A DNA stretch of 45,442 bases from Thermococcus sp. JdFR-02. GTDB lineage: Archaea; Methanobacteriota_B; Thermococci; Thermococcales; Thermococcaceae. Positions 1 through 11,410 of the stretch are shown piece after piece. The stretch is from positions 1 through 45,442 of the forward strand of contig MTLP01000001.1 of assembly GCA_002009975.1 (NCBI GenBank), given 5' to 3'. Under the pieces are notes generated by a model. It saw only the letters and a program-made list of their open reading frames with translations, had not been told where the DNA came from and ran no database searches. Both the position numbers and the translations under genes were made by a program. Position 1 is the first letter of the stretch, and the number at the start of each line of letters is the position of its first letter.

Positions 1-170
1 CCTAGGCTGTCGACGAGCATCTTATCCATACCCTTAGGACCCAAAGTAGTCCTAACAGTCTCAGCAACAATCCTAGCAGCCAAAATATTCAACCTCTGTG
101 CGTCTCTACCAACATACCTTTGAGTCCCCTCTGGGAGAATTAAAATTGGTTGACCTGCTAATTGAGCCAT
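1..170 (-). CDS. ths: Thermosome (group II chaperonin) subunit, 5' part; runs off window start
   Basis: Manual translation [57 protein letters not shown]; [10 protein letters not shown] chaperonin motif; RBS GGAGGTG upstream. Confidence 0.97.
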   Translation of the reverse strand, partial: MAQLAGQPILILPEGTQRYVGRDAQRLNILAARIVAETVRTTLGPKGMDKMLVDSL

Positions 171-355
171 CTAAGCCCACCTCCTTTAAATTTTTATTTG
201 TACTTACAAAAGTTTGTTAATTTTGGTGGGGCTCTTTATACAAGCTCCATTTTATAGATTCATTTAGACTATTTATAAATTTTACGCAAACAACCTTATT
301 TAACAATCACCATACATTTTTAACTACGAAGTAAAGATTTGGAGTGGTGAGAAAA

Positions 356-1369
356 ATGAGAGAGTTCATCGAAGCCTTAAAGAAAAAAGATTGTGAAAAA
401 GTTCTTGAATTGCTTGACTCTTATCTTGAAGAAATTGAGAGTGAAGAAGAACTTAAAGAGGTTTTAAAAAAGCTTGAAGAACTTGCAGTAGATTGTGAAA
501 GCTATGATCTAGCCCATGAAATAGCCCACATTTATGTTCATTTAGAGGAAGAGGAAAAGGGTTTGAAAATTTATGAGAGGATAGTCGAAAAAGCCAAAGA
601 TGATGAAGCAAAGTACACCGGGGCTTTATACTATTTAGCAGATGCCTATGATCATTTTGGGTTCCCAGATAAGGCTATAGGAGTTTATAAAAAGCTCTTG
701 GAAATAGAGAGACAGAGAAGGGACAAGAAAGAGGAAGCATTAACATTAGCCCACATGGCGATTATTTATGAAGAGCTTGGAGACGTTGAGAAAGCAATTG
801 AGCTTATGGAAAAGGCAAAAGGGCTTTTCTATGAGATGGAAGATAACAGGAATTATTTAACAAGTTTAGTCGACTTAGCTCACTTCTACTATGAAGAGGG
901 AGATGTAAAGAAAGCTAAAGAGTTAATTGATGAAGTTTTAAAGAGTCCTAGAGAAAGTGAAATTGAAATCAATGCAAGATTAGTTTCTGCAGAAATAGAT
1001 GCAAATGAGGAGAACTACAGAAAAGCCTTTAAAGAAATTAATTTGGCAATGCTAAAAGGCTTAGAAATTAACGAAGAGCTGTTTTTATTTGCATTCGAAA
1101 CACTGCTTGATTTTCTAAAGGAAATGTTCAGCGAAAAGCTCTTTAAAGAGATACATAAGAACGTTGATATCTTTGTAAACTCATTTGAGGACTTAAACAA
1201 AGAATACGCACTATTCTTTAAGGCAATAGGGGAACTGGCAAGATTTAAAGAAGGAGAAGAGAAAGCAAAGACAAAATTTGAAGAACTTTATAACTCCATT
1301 GAAAATGAAGAGCTTAGGGAAGTGTTGGACGAGTTTAAGAAAACCGGGGCGACTTTTCTAAGCTTTTGA
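356..1369 (+). CDS. Tetratricopeptide-repeat protein
   Basis: Repeated TPR-like helices (ALYYLADAY...A, TLAHMAIIY..LG...KA, SLVDLAHFY...G); ATG at 356 after GGTGA. Confidence 0.85.
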   Translation: MREFIEALKKKDCEKVLELLDSYLEEIESEEELKEVLKKLEELAVDCESYDLAHEIAHIYVHLEEEEKGLKIYERIVEKAKDDEAKYTGALYYLADAYDHFGFPDKAIGVYKKLLEIERQRRDKKEEALTLAHMAIIYEELGDVEKAIELMEKAKGLFYEMEDNRNYLTSLVDLAHFYYEEGDVKKAKELIDEVLKSPRESEIEINARLVSAEIDANEENYRKAFKEINLAMLKGLEINEELFLFAFETLLDFLKEMFSEKLFKEIHKNVDIFVNSFEDLNKEYALFFKAIGELARFKEGEEKAKTKFEELYNSIENEELREVLDEFKKTGATFLSF

Positions 1370-1418
1370 ACTTTATTTTTTAAGAATTTAAAAGATTGTA
1401 AAAAGAGGATTAAAAGCT

Positions 1419-1694
1419 TTAAATTCTTGAAACTGTTGTAACTTCTGCACTTTCGACGTTTTCAACTTTTCTAAATGCATCAGCAACCTCATCTAAAGAG
1501 TAGCCTTCCTCATCCTTGGCTAAAACATAAACGTTCAAAGCAACTAACCCAAAGGCTATTGGCTCTCTTTCGATTTTAACAAAGCCGTACTTCTCTGGAA
1601 TTGCTTTTTTGACGTTCTCTTCAAGTTCATCCAAATTTACCTCTGGATCTGTTGGCATAACCTTAATAACTCCAACAATGTTGAAATCGCTCAT
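1419..1694 (-). CDS. ef1b: Translation elongation factor aEF-1beta
   Basis: EPIAFGL motif, KVMP..PEVNLDEL, typical position after Zn-ribbon gene. Confidence 0.95.
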   Translation of the reverse strand: MSDFNIVGVIKVMPTDPEVNLDELEENVKKAIPEKYGFVKIEREPIAFGLVALNVYVLAKDEEGYSLDEVADAFRKVENVESAEVTTVSRI

Positions 1695-1704
1695 TTGTAT
1701 CACC

Positions 1705-1881
1705 TCAAGGTCCTTCCCATCCGCACTTGGGGCACTTGTAAGTTACCCCCAAGACTCTACAGCTTTCACATCTCCAAATTATTTCTTCCCCACAGTTGGG
1801 GCATAGGAAATGAGTTGCATTCTCTCTTGGACTTATCTCCTTTCCGCATGATGTGCATATGGGTATCTTAACTTCCTCCAT
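1705..1881 (-). CDS. Small zinc-ribbon protein (DUF1610/HVO_2753-like)
   Basis: Four CxxC pairs, ends CPKCGWEGP; conserved upstream of aEF-1beta in archaea. Confidence 0.9.
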   Translation of the reverse strand: MEEVKIPICTSCGKEISPRENATHFLCPNCGEEIIWRCESCRVLGVTYKCPKCGWEGP

Positions 1882-2087
1882 CCAAACCACCTCCGAGAAA
1901 TGAAGTTTTTAGCAGTTATCGTGAGGTTCTTAACGCTCTAATGAAAAGGTATTTATAAATCTTTCCCTCAGCTTTTTTCTGGTGAAAAAGCTGGCAAAAA
2001 GTGTTAAACTACCAAGTGAAGGCAAAAATTAATGCATTATTCTTCCAAATGCGCATTTTCTAATGATTTTTCTAGATAAAAGTTTGC

Positions 2088-2143
2088 AGGTCAGACCATG
2101 CGAGTTTCATCACCGCTCGGTCGAAATCTCCGTCATCATCCCA
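2088..2143 (-). ncRNA. Box C/D methylation-guide sRNA
   Basis: Minus strand reads ATGATGA(C)-CGGAGATTTCGA-CCGA(D')-GCG-GTGATGA(C')-AACTCGCATGGT-CTGA(D), with 12-nt guides and an upstream TATA-like element near 2168-2178. Confidence 0.93.
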
Positions 2144-2218
2144 TTCAAAACAAACTACTTTCGCGACTTTATAAGTATTTGCTTTAGAAAATTAAAATTT
2201 GAATAAAGAAGAAGAGGC

Positions 2219-2558
2219 TTACTGCTCCTCAAACGAGAGCAAATTAAAAAACTTTTCTTTATACTTCAGAATTTCCTCTATCTGTTCTTCACTGATTTTG
2301 TTTGAGATGCTTACTTCTTTGTAAAGCCCTTCAAGTTCCTTTAAAAGCCTTTCAACCTCAAGCTGGACATTTCCTTTGCTTCCATTTAGCTTTGCTGCTT
2401 CACTCAAAAGCTTGCCCCTCAGAAACGGCAACACTTCAAAGGGCCTTCCCATAAAAGCCCAATAAATTCCTTCTCTTAAAATTTCACCTAAAATCTCTTT
2501 TTCAGAATAGCTCTTTCTAAATTTTCCGAATTTAGATGGTTTCGCCCTCCCTCCTCAT
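2219..2558 (-). pseudogene. Hypothetical protein with apparent +1 frameshift after start codon (intact 77-aa ORF 2219-2452)
   Basis: RBS GGTGAT + ATG at 2558 is one base out of frame with an open frame running into the 77-aa ORF. Confidence 0.55.
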
Positions 2559-2688
2559 GGAAATCACCACACTTAACCCTGCTTTAGGGTTAATTAAGCT
2601 TTTGGATAATATTTTGGCAAAAATTCAAAAATTTTGGAAATTTTAAAGAGAAATGACAAAGAAATAAGTGAACAAATGGACATAATTG

Positions 2689-3858
2689 TCATACTGCCAT
2701 TTTAACCCTTTTCACAGCCAGCATTATAAAGAGCGAAGCAATCAAAGTGAAACCTCCTGCAAAGAGGTATAGGTTACTCAAACCATAACCATCTGCAATC
2801 GCCCCTACTACAACGTTTGCCATCATTGCAAAGATGCTTGTAATCGTGCTTAAAGCCGAAGTTATTGTAGAGCGTCCCTTTGAGGAAATTATCTCGTTTA
2901 AAAACGTTCTCATTGCAGGTCCTCTTATGCTCATCACAACTTCAATCGCTATAAGGAGAATTATAAGCTGAACTGCACTTTGGGCAAAGGACATTCCCAT
3001 TAAAATGAGTCCAAAAAGAACTGTTGAAACAACTGCAACACCCTTATAGTCGGCTTTTTTAGACAATCTTACCGAAATAAAGCCACCCAATGAAGTTGAG
3101 AGAATTAAAATCGTATAAACATAACCCATGTAGCTCTCTTTTAAGCCGATATTCTTAGCTAAAATCATCCAGAACATGAAGAAAGTCCTAGCAGAGAAAG
3201 AGAGGAAGAAGCTTGCCATAAGGAATAGATGAAGGGTTTTATTTTCCAAGATGTGCTCAATTCCGTGCTTTAATATTTCCCAATAGCCTGCATCTCCATG
3301 ATGTCCGTAATTTTCTTCCAAGAGAAGGAGTGTTGAAATAGCGGTTAAAATTCCTAGTGCTCCTGAAGCTACTAATGGCAAGTTTAGATAGTAGTTTGAC
3401 AAAAGGCTCGCTCCAATTCCAGCCAAAGCCCCCAAAATTCCCCCAATTGCTCTCTGCTTGCTAAAGATACTGTATACTTTCTTTTTATCACCTACTGCAT
3501 CATAAAGCCAAGGACCTAAAGTACCGCTCATGAATGCTCCACCAACTCCACCCAAGAGCATTCCCACGAGAATTGGAGAAAAACTCCTCGAAATCCCTAT
3601 AAGCAAGACCCCTAAACCAAATAGAAACATTCCAAAAGCATAATTTAATCTTCGCCCATAGCGATCAGCCAATCCTCCTGTTGGAAAGTCAATTATTAGA
3701 GTTGCAAATGAGGAAACAGATTGAGCTAATCCTATTTGGGTGAAGGACAATCCTATATGCTTAAGCCATAGCGTTAGGTAGGGTCCCATTAGATGAGTGA
3801 CCCAAGAGCTTAGGGCTTCAATTGTTAGATACCCCTTTTCTGGCGAGAGCTTTTTCAT
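2689..3858 (-). CDS. MFS transporter
   Basis: ~12 TM segments, motif A GGLADRYGRR. Confidence 0.93.
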   Translation of the reverse strand: MKKLSPEKGYLTIEALSSWVTHLMGPYLTLWLKHIGLSFTQIGLAQSVSSFATLIIDFPTGGLADRYGRRLNYAFGMFLFGLGVLLIGISRSFSPILVGMLLGGVGGAFMSGTLGPWLYDAVGDKKKVYSIFSKQRAIGGILGALAGIGASLLSNYYLNLPLVASGALGILTAISTLLLLEENYGHHGDAGYWEILKHGIEHILENKTLHLFLMASFFLSFSARTFFMFWMILAKNIGLKESYMGYVYTILILSTSLGGFISVRLSKKADYKGVAVVSTVLFGLILMGMSFAQSAVQLIILLIAIEVVMSIRGPAMRTFLNEIISSKGRSTITSALSTITSIFAMMANVVVGAIADGYGLSNLYLFAGGFTLIASLFIMLAVKRVKMAV

Positions 3859-4000
3859 TAATCTTCCTCCTTCTGGCTTCCTTGAAATTACTATTGCTGA
3901 TTTTTAAATTTTTTTGGTTTTTAGTATTACTAGTATCCATTTTGAAGAAAGTTGCATAAAGCTTAAAAACCCCTTACCAGGTTTATGTTAAAAAGGGTGA

Positions 4001-5473
<1,473 letters not shown>

Positions 5474-5555
5474 GCTTTCTTTTTACATGTTTTTGTCAAA
5501 AATAGCAAAATTTTTAAGTAAAATTTACAAATTTATGGTGAAGGAGGTAACGATC

Positions 5556-6479
5556 ATGTGGAAAGAATTCATAGAAGAGAAAGTTAATGAGATAAAAGAA
5601 ACTGTTGGAGATGGGAAAGCAATAATTGCCCTTTCGGGGGGAGTTGATAGCTCAACCTGTGCCATATTAGCTCACAAAGCCATTGGGGATAAGCTTTATG
5701 CTGTTTTCGTTAATACAGGATTTCTAAGAAAGGGAGAGCCAGAGTTCGTTATTAAGACCTTTAAAGATGAGTTTGGATTAAATCTAATCTACGTAGATGC
5801 TCAGGAGAGATTCTTTAATGCTCTAAAGGGAGTAACAGATCCAGAGGAAAAGAGAAAGATAATAGGAAAAGTTTTCATAGACGTCTTTGAAGAGGTTGCA
5901 AACGAAATTAAAGCGGATTTCTTGATTCAAGGAACAATTGCTCCAGATTGGATTGAGAGTCAAGGAAAAATTAAAAGCCACCACAACGTTGGTGGTTTGC
6001 CAGAGCGTTTGAATTTGAAGCTAATTGAACCAATAAGGGATTTATACAAGGACGAGGTTAGGGAAGTTGCTAAGGAGCTAAACCTGCCAGAAAAGATCTA
6101 CAAGAGAATGCCTTTCCCAGGACCGGGGTTAGCGGTTAGAGTTTTAGGGGAAGTTACCCCCGAAAAGGTGGCAATCGTTAGGGAAGCAAATGCAATAGTC
6201 GAGGAAGAAATTGAAAAAGCAAACCTAAAACCTTGGCAAGCTTTTGCTGTGCTTTTAAACGTAAAGACAGTTGGAGTTCAAGGAGACATAAGGGCATATA
6301 AAGAGACCATAGCCGTTAGGGTCGTTGAGAGCTTAGATGGAATGACTGCCAATGCTATGAACGTTCCTTGGGAAGTCTTGCAGAGAATAGCATTTAGAAT
6401 AACGAGCGAGATTCCTCAAGTGGGGAGGGTTCTTTACGACATAACAAACAAGCCTCCAGCTACTATTGAGTTTGAGTGA
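5556..6479 (+). CDS. guaAB: GMP synthase subunit B (ATP pyrophosphatase)
   Basis: [10 protein letters not shown]-loop, [25 protein letters not shown]; ATG 5556 after GGAGGT. Confidence 0.97.
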   Translation: MWKEFIEEKVNEIKETVGDGKAIIALSGGVDSSTCAILAHKAIGDKLYAVFVNTGFLRKGEPEFVIKTFKDEFGLNLIYVDAQERFFNALKGVTDPEEKRKIIGKVFIDVFEEVANEIKADFLIQGTIAPDWIESQGKIKSHHNVGGLPERLNLKLIEPIRDLYKDEVREVAKELNLPEKIYKRMPFPGPGLAVRVLGEVTPEKVAIVREANAIVEEEIEKANLKPWQAFAVLLNVKTVGVQGDIRAYKETIAVRVVESLDGMTANAMNVPWEVLQRIAFRITSEIPQVGRVLYDITNKPPATIEFE

Positions 6480-6555
6480 CTTCTCATCCTTTCTTTATTA
6501 ATTCCTCTAAGAAAAAGTTTAATGCAACAAACACATTAGTTAAATTGGTGGGAGT

Positions 6556-6879
6556 ATGTCAAGCATTAACATCAATAAACTTTTAAAAGAGCTAAAAAGA
6601 GAGTTAGAAAAAGCGTTAAGAGACAGGTTAGAGGGAATCATCCTTTACGGTTCTTATGCTCGGGGAAATTTCTCAGAACACAGCGATGTTGATATCATTC
6701 TCCTTGTGCAGAGACGGTTGACACTTGATGAATATGAACTGACAAATAAAATAATTGCCGAATTATCATTAAAGTATGGAGTTGTGATTTCGGTTATTGA
6801 CTATCCCATGGAGATATTTGAAAGATGGAATTCACCATTTTTAAGAAACATCAAACGGGAAGGGATTAAAGTTGAATGA
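6556..6879 (+). CDS. Minimal nucleotidyltransferase (MNT) antitoxin
   Basis: LYGSYARG...SDVD motif, 107 aa, upstream of HEPN. Confidence 0.92.
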   Translation: MSSININKLLKELKRELEKALRDRLEGIILYGSYARGNFSEHSDVDIILLVQRRLTLDEYELTNKIIAELSLKYGVVISVIDYPMEIFERWNSPFLRNIKREGIKVE

Positions 6880-7270
6880 ATTTGAGGCACTGATAAAAAA
6901 AGCGGAAAAAAGTTTAGAGGCGAGCAAAGAACTTCTTAAAAGAGGATTTTATGATTTTGCTGCAGCAAGAGCGTATTATACCATGTTTTACTGTACTGAA
7001 GCTCTTCTCTTAACAAAAAACATTCAAGTATCAAAGCATTCCTCACTCATTGCACTTTTTGGAAAGGAGTTCATTAAAACTGGAGAAATTCCCTACAAAC
7101 TTTACACCTCTCTAGTGATGGCATTTAATTTGAGACATGAAGCAGACTATGATGTTATGCTTGAAGTTCCAAAGGAAAGGGCTGAAGAAGTTATAAAGCT
7201 CTCAGAGGAATTTTTGGAATTTACAAAAGAATTTCTCCATAATATAAAAGTTTTGGAGGGGGAAGGATGA
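6872..7270 (+). CDS. HEPN domain protein
   Basis: A...YY.MF, H..LI..FG..F, R-HEADY motif; overlaps MNT gene. Confidence 0.92.
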   Translation: MNEFEALIKKAEKSLEASKELLKRGFYDFAAARAYYTMFYCTEALLLTKNIQVSKHSSLIALFGKEFIKTGEIPYKLYTSLVMAFNLRHEADYDVMLEVPKERAEEVIKLSEEFLEFTKEFLHNIKVLEGEG

Positions 7271-7836
7271 TAATCATAATGGATAACCACGGACAATACG
7301 TCCACAGAATTTGGAGAACATTAAGATATCTTGGAGTTGAAGCAAAGATAATCCCAAATACCACACCTTTAGAAGAAATAAAAGCGATGAATCCAAAGGG
7401 CATAATTTTTAGCGGTGGACCAGATTTAGAAAGAACAGGGAACTGCGAAGCAGTCTTAGATCATTACGAAGAATTCAACGTTCCAATACTTGGAATCTGT
7501 CTTGGACACCAATTAATAGCCAAACACTTTGGAGGAAAAGTTGGAAGGGGAGAAAAAGCAGAGTACAGCCTAGTTGAAGTAGAGATTTTGGAAGAGAATG
7601 ATATTTTCAAAGGAATTCCAAAGAGGCTTAAAGTCTGGGAAAGCCACATGGATGAGGTTAAAGAAATTCCAGATAAATTCGAGCTTTTAGCAAAGAGCGA
7701 ATTCTGTGAAGTTGAAGCAATGAAGCACAAAGAGCTGCCAATTTATGGAGTTCAATTCCACCCCGAGGTAGCTCACACAGAGAAGGGTAGTGAAATTTAC
7801 AGAAATTTCGCTAAACTTTGTGGAGAGCTTGAGTAA
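7267..7836 (+). CDS. guaAA: GMP synthase subunit A (glutamine amidotransferase)
   Basis: SGGP, GICLGHQ, QFHPEV class I GATase motifs. Confidence 0.97.
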   Translation: MIIIMDNHGQYVHRIWRTLRYLGVEAKIIPNTTPLEEIKAMNPKGIIFSGGPDLERTGNCEAVLDHYEEFNVPILGICLGHQLIAKHFGGKVGRGEKAEYSLVEVEILEENDIFKGIPKRLKVWESHMDEVKEIPDKFELLAKSEFCEVEAMKHKELPIYGVQFHPEVAHTEKGSEIYRNFAKLCGELE

Positions 7837-7936
7837 TTCTTTTCTACTTTAAAATTTTTAACCTTGAATTGTAAAATCGAAAATTTTTTATAGTTTCTTT
7901 TCTTACTAATTTTGAGAGTACTGATGGGGGTCTGTT

Positions 7937-8227
7937 ATGGGATATACTTTTTATTATAAAATTTCCCTGAGAGATGAGAACAAGATGTTAAGAGTCCTAA
8001 AACCTATAATAAATGAACTAGGATTTGAAATTTATGAAAAAGACGGTACTATAGTAATAAAGCCAGATCACGATTATGTGGAACTATTGATAATTAAAAA
8101 TGGAGAATGGATGAGTGTGAAAACCTATAAAAGAGAACCGTACACTGCAATTTATAAGCTAATACTGCTCTCATTTTCCTCTTTTGGCTCTGTTGAAGTA
8201 TTTGATGATGAAGGCTGGTCTAAATAA
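7937..8227 (+). CDS. Hypothetical protein
   Basis: 96-aa ORF with TATA-like element and G-rich RBS upstream, normal composition. Confidence 0.65.
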   Translation: MGYTFYYKISLRDENKMLRVLKPIINELGFEIYEKDGTIVIKPDHDYVELLIIKNGEWMSVKTYKREPYTAIYKLILLSFSSFGSVEVFDDEGWSK

Positions 8228-8916
8228 ACCTCAATTATCTTTCTTGGAATTGCTCCTCTAAACATTCTTTCTTCAACCAGGACTTTTACTAATGAGCCAA
8301 CTTTTAAGTCTGGCACTGCATCAATCCAGTATTCACCGCTCTTCACATTTGCACAGATATCGTAGTGAGTACTTATCTTAACAACCTCTCCTCTTATCTC
8401 CTCAACTACCGCATAGGTCCAATCCCTTCCGTATTTCATTTTAAACCACTTGGCAAGAATTAAAACAGCCACGAAGATTACAATCGAATAAACTAGGAGA
8501 TATTGAAGCGTTGGATTAAACCTTCTGAGCACTGAGTATCCCATAAAGGCTCCAAGGGAGAGTATTGCCAATAAATAGAAAAATACCTGATAGGGCTTGT
8601 ATTCAATGAAGAACTCTTTGTAATTAATTAAAATAGCTCTCATGTACATAAAGAACAAGATAAAGAGCAATACCAAATACAGGGGATTACGTGAAAGCAC
8701 TGTTGAAATTAGAGATGCAATTAGATAGAGAATAAATGAGAGCTGAATTTTTAAAATTAGCATCTCATGTGCAGTAACCTTTCTCCTAACTATTTTCCTT
8801 AAAAATTTAAATGTTGGAGGGGTTTCTTTGGGTCTCGGGAGTATAATGTTCCTTATTGAGCCAAACAGGGACTCTATCATCTCGCCAATTTTATAGAACA
8901 AATTTTCTATCCTCAT
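8152..8916 (-). CDS. Membrane protein, DUF2101-like, last gene of pilin cluster
   Basis: 4 TM segments plus C-terminal small beta domain (YGRDWTYAVVEE); co-oriented with pilin genes. Confidence 0.7.
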   Translation of the reverse strand: MRIENLFYKIGEMIESLFGSIRNIILPRPKETPPTFKFLRKIVRRKVTAHEMLILKIQLSFILYLIASLISTVLSRNPLYLVLLFILFFMYMRAILINYKEFFIEYKPYQVFFYLLAILSLGAFMGYSVLRRFNPTLQYLLVYSIVIFVAVLILAKWFKMKYGRDWTYAVVEEIRGEVVKISTHYDICANVKSGEYWIDAVPDLKVGSLVKVLVEERMFRGAIPRKIIEVYLDQPSSSNTSTEPKEENESSISL

Positions 8917-8920
8917 GATT

Positions 8921-11410
8921 TCACCTCTTTAACAAATCTTGAGCACCTTGAGTTCCAAATATAGCAACAGCCGTTTGATTGTCAAGGAAGAAATACACAT
9001 TACTCAGATCTTCTTGAGAAACTACTCCATAGGAGATACCATAAACCCTGTACCCCTGTACTTGAGCGGTTGCATCATTTGCAAAGTAGTATTTTAGGAA
9101 GTAATAGTCGAAGCTTGTTTGGTTTTCTTCTAAGTTTATGTTTAAGCTATATACAAGGTTAAACAGCTTTTCGTCATACGCAGTATTGGGTATCATGAAA
9201 CTCACTAAGCCTATCGGATAATAGCTGTTTCCAAATTTTAAACCAAATTCATCCTGCATTTGTCTTGCCAGCTGTTCATAAGCATCATGATTTACAGTAC
9301 TTCCCTCTAGGCGTTCAAAGAATGAAACTCCGCTGTAAATACCAAAATATCTGTTGTCTGAAAGGCATTCTATAAATGGTTGAATATCATAGGCTCTTGA
9401 AGCGGCATAGCCGCCACTTGGTGTAGGTGGGGTGTATTGTTCTATATCATTCTCTGTTTTCATAGGAGATGTTATGTATATCCCACTAAAGTTAGTTGAA
9501 TCTTCTAAGGAGATTCCGTTTAAGTCAGGATACTTGCGCACAAATAGAAAATCATAGTAAGTTTTTCTCGCTTTTCTCTCGCTATCTGTTACGAGATAGA
9601 TGTATTTCAAAGGAGGATCAAACAGTCTTGGATAGTAATCATCATTGCTCCAGCTGTCTGTTATGTCCCTAAACTTGGCATCAGAGAATATCAAGCCCTG
9701 AACCACTATACTCTCATATATGTGGAAAGTTTTGACATCTGATCTGCCGATAGTATAGGTAAGGAAACTCCACCAAGGTCTGTGAACGGCTAATCCCTGA
9801 CCATTTGTACCGTAATCATCCGTGAACAAAAGCTTTAAGCCACTGCTGTCCTCTATTCCAATACCACTGTCCCAATCCCTGTTCTTTGCCGCCTTCATTC
9901 TAAACCTTACCGCAAATGAACCATCGTAGTTTATTTGATTCTTAGTTTTAACAACCTCAACTTCGTTCCCACCATTAATGACAAGCTCTCCATTGATTAC
10001 ACTTGGATTTTGGTCAACTTTCACCCATTTATCATTCCACGTTCCATCTTCCCAGTCATCAAAGAATATGAAGACACTATCTCCATCTCCTTTGGTTGTC
10101 ACACCTGAACCAAAGTATATTGAGTAAGTTTTTGACTGTCCAGCATTCAAAGAATCCCTAATCCAAATCAGAGCTTTTTTGTTAGTTGCATCCCAATACT
10201 CTATCCAGAAAGGTATCCTAGTTCCGCTTGTGTCATAAATGTCAATAGCGGCTTTGATCTTATAGATATCGCTTCCTTCTGTTTGGGTATTTGAAAATAG
10301 GAAATTAAGAACCTGAACTGTGAGGTCTTTTGACGTTGAAAGCAATATTGGAATTTGATAGTCAGCTAAATTCTGTCCAACATCGTTCCTAACGGTAATG
10401 TTGAGCCTATACTCAAGAGACGTGTTTGCCCAATTTGCTGTTCCTCCTCCACCGCTGGCATTTCCAAAAACTAAAACCCCTCTATCTCCCTCATCAAAAA
10501 CATCAGCTGGGGAAGTTTCAACCCCATTTAGTGTAGTGTTCACGATAACGTTATCTAATGTCGCACTTGGCTCATTTTCCAAGACATATCCCTTTGCAAG
10601 GGCACTTCCATCGGTAGGATACGTCTTTCCAAAGTATATCTCTGTAGTATCAACATCCCTCGATAACAGCCCGACAACGACTTGAGTGGTACCACTGCCA
10701 TTGCCTTCCAAGACTTTGAAAGGTCTATCCAACAATTCTGGAAAACTGTAATCACAAGCTTTTACCGAGCGATAATATCTACCCCCTGTTAGGGCTGAAA
10801 AAATTGGATCTTCTATGTTTTGCAAACTTACAATGGAATATAAATATCCATCCTCTGGAATTGAGCCAGTATACACAATCTTACCAGAAACGTCTCTAAT
10901 AGTAACATTTGGTATTTTAGCCTTTATGATAACCCTAAAAGAATCCAAAGGAGCTACAATTATCTCTATGTTATTCAAAATATCATTCACACTTGGATAG
11001 ATTGTAAAACCCTGCTTATTCAGCTCTTGAGTTAAATTGATCAGCCACCTCTTAATAGTTTGGTCTCCCATAATCCTTTGTGGATTATATCCAGTTAAGC
11101 TTGAAGAATTCCCAGTTAATATTAAATCTCTGATGGTGTTGTTTACCATATAATTTGGATCCACAAAGTCACCAGTATATGACACGTAATCAACCACAGT
11201 TATGATAGCCCTCTTACCCGAAATTTCTAAAGTATTCTGAAAATCTAAATCAAGATATGAAATTGTTCTATATGTTCTCTCAGCTTGTGTTCTTATACTT
11301 TGAGCGTGGAGAATTTGAGATGAGACGTCTTCATAAGTAGCCAAAAGCAGCACTAAGGGAATCAGGAGGAGCAGGACAAAAGAGTTTAGGAAGAATCCCT
11401 TTCTTCTCAC
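8921..11410 (-). CDS. Large class III signal-peptide adhesin/minor pilin with DUF2341-like domain
   Basis: RRKG|FFLNS + hydrophobic helix; L.DYQI, IPFWIEYWD, IWIR, IYFG, F.FFDD DUF2341-type pattern. Confidence 0.8.
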   Translation of the reverse strand: MRRKGFFLNSFVLLLLIPLVLLLATYEDVSSQILHAQSIRTQAERTYRTISYLDLDFQNTLEISGKRAIITVVDYVSYTGDFVDPNYMVNNTIRDLILTGNSSSLTGYNPQRIMGDQTIKRWLINLTQELNKQGFTIYPSVNDILNNIEIIVAPLDSFRVIIKAKIPNVTIRDVSGKIVYTGSIPEDGYLYSIVSLQNIEDPIFSALTGGRYYRSVKACDYSFPELLDRPFKVLEGNGSGTTQVVVGLLSRDVDTTEIYFGKTYPTDGSALAKGYVLENEPSATLDNVIVNTTLNGVETSPADVFDEGDRGVLVFGNASGGGGTANWANTSLEYRLNITVRNDVGQNLADYQIPILLSTSKDLTVQVLNFLFSNTQTEGSDIYKIKAAIDIYDTSGTRIPFWIEYWDATNKKALIWIRDSLNAGQSKTYSIYFGSGVTTKGDGDSVFIFFDDWEDGTWNDKWVKVDQNPSVINGELVINGGNEVEVVKTKNQINYDGSFAVRFRMKAAKNRDWDSGIGIEDSSGLKLLFTDDYGTNGQGLAVHRPWWSFLTYTIGRSDVKTFHIYESIVVQGLIFSDAKFRDITDSWSNDDYYPRLFDPPLKYIYLVTDSERKARKTYYDFLFVRKYPDLNGISLEDSTNFSGIYITSPMKTENDIEQYTPPTPSGGYAASRAYDIQPFIECLSDNRYFGIYSGVSFFERLEGSTVNHDAYEQLARQMQDEFGLKFGNSYYPIGLVSFMIPNTAYDEKLFNLVYSLNINLEENQTSFDYYFLKYYFANDATAQVQGYRVYGISYGVVSQEDLSNVYFFLDNQTAVAIFGTQGAQDLLKR

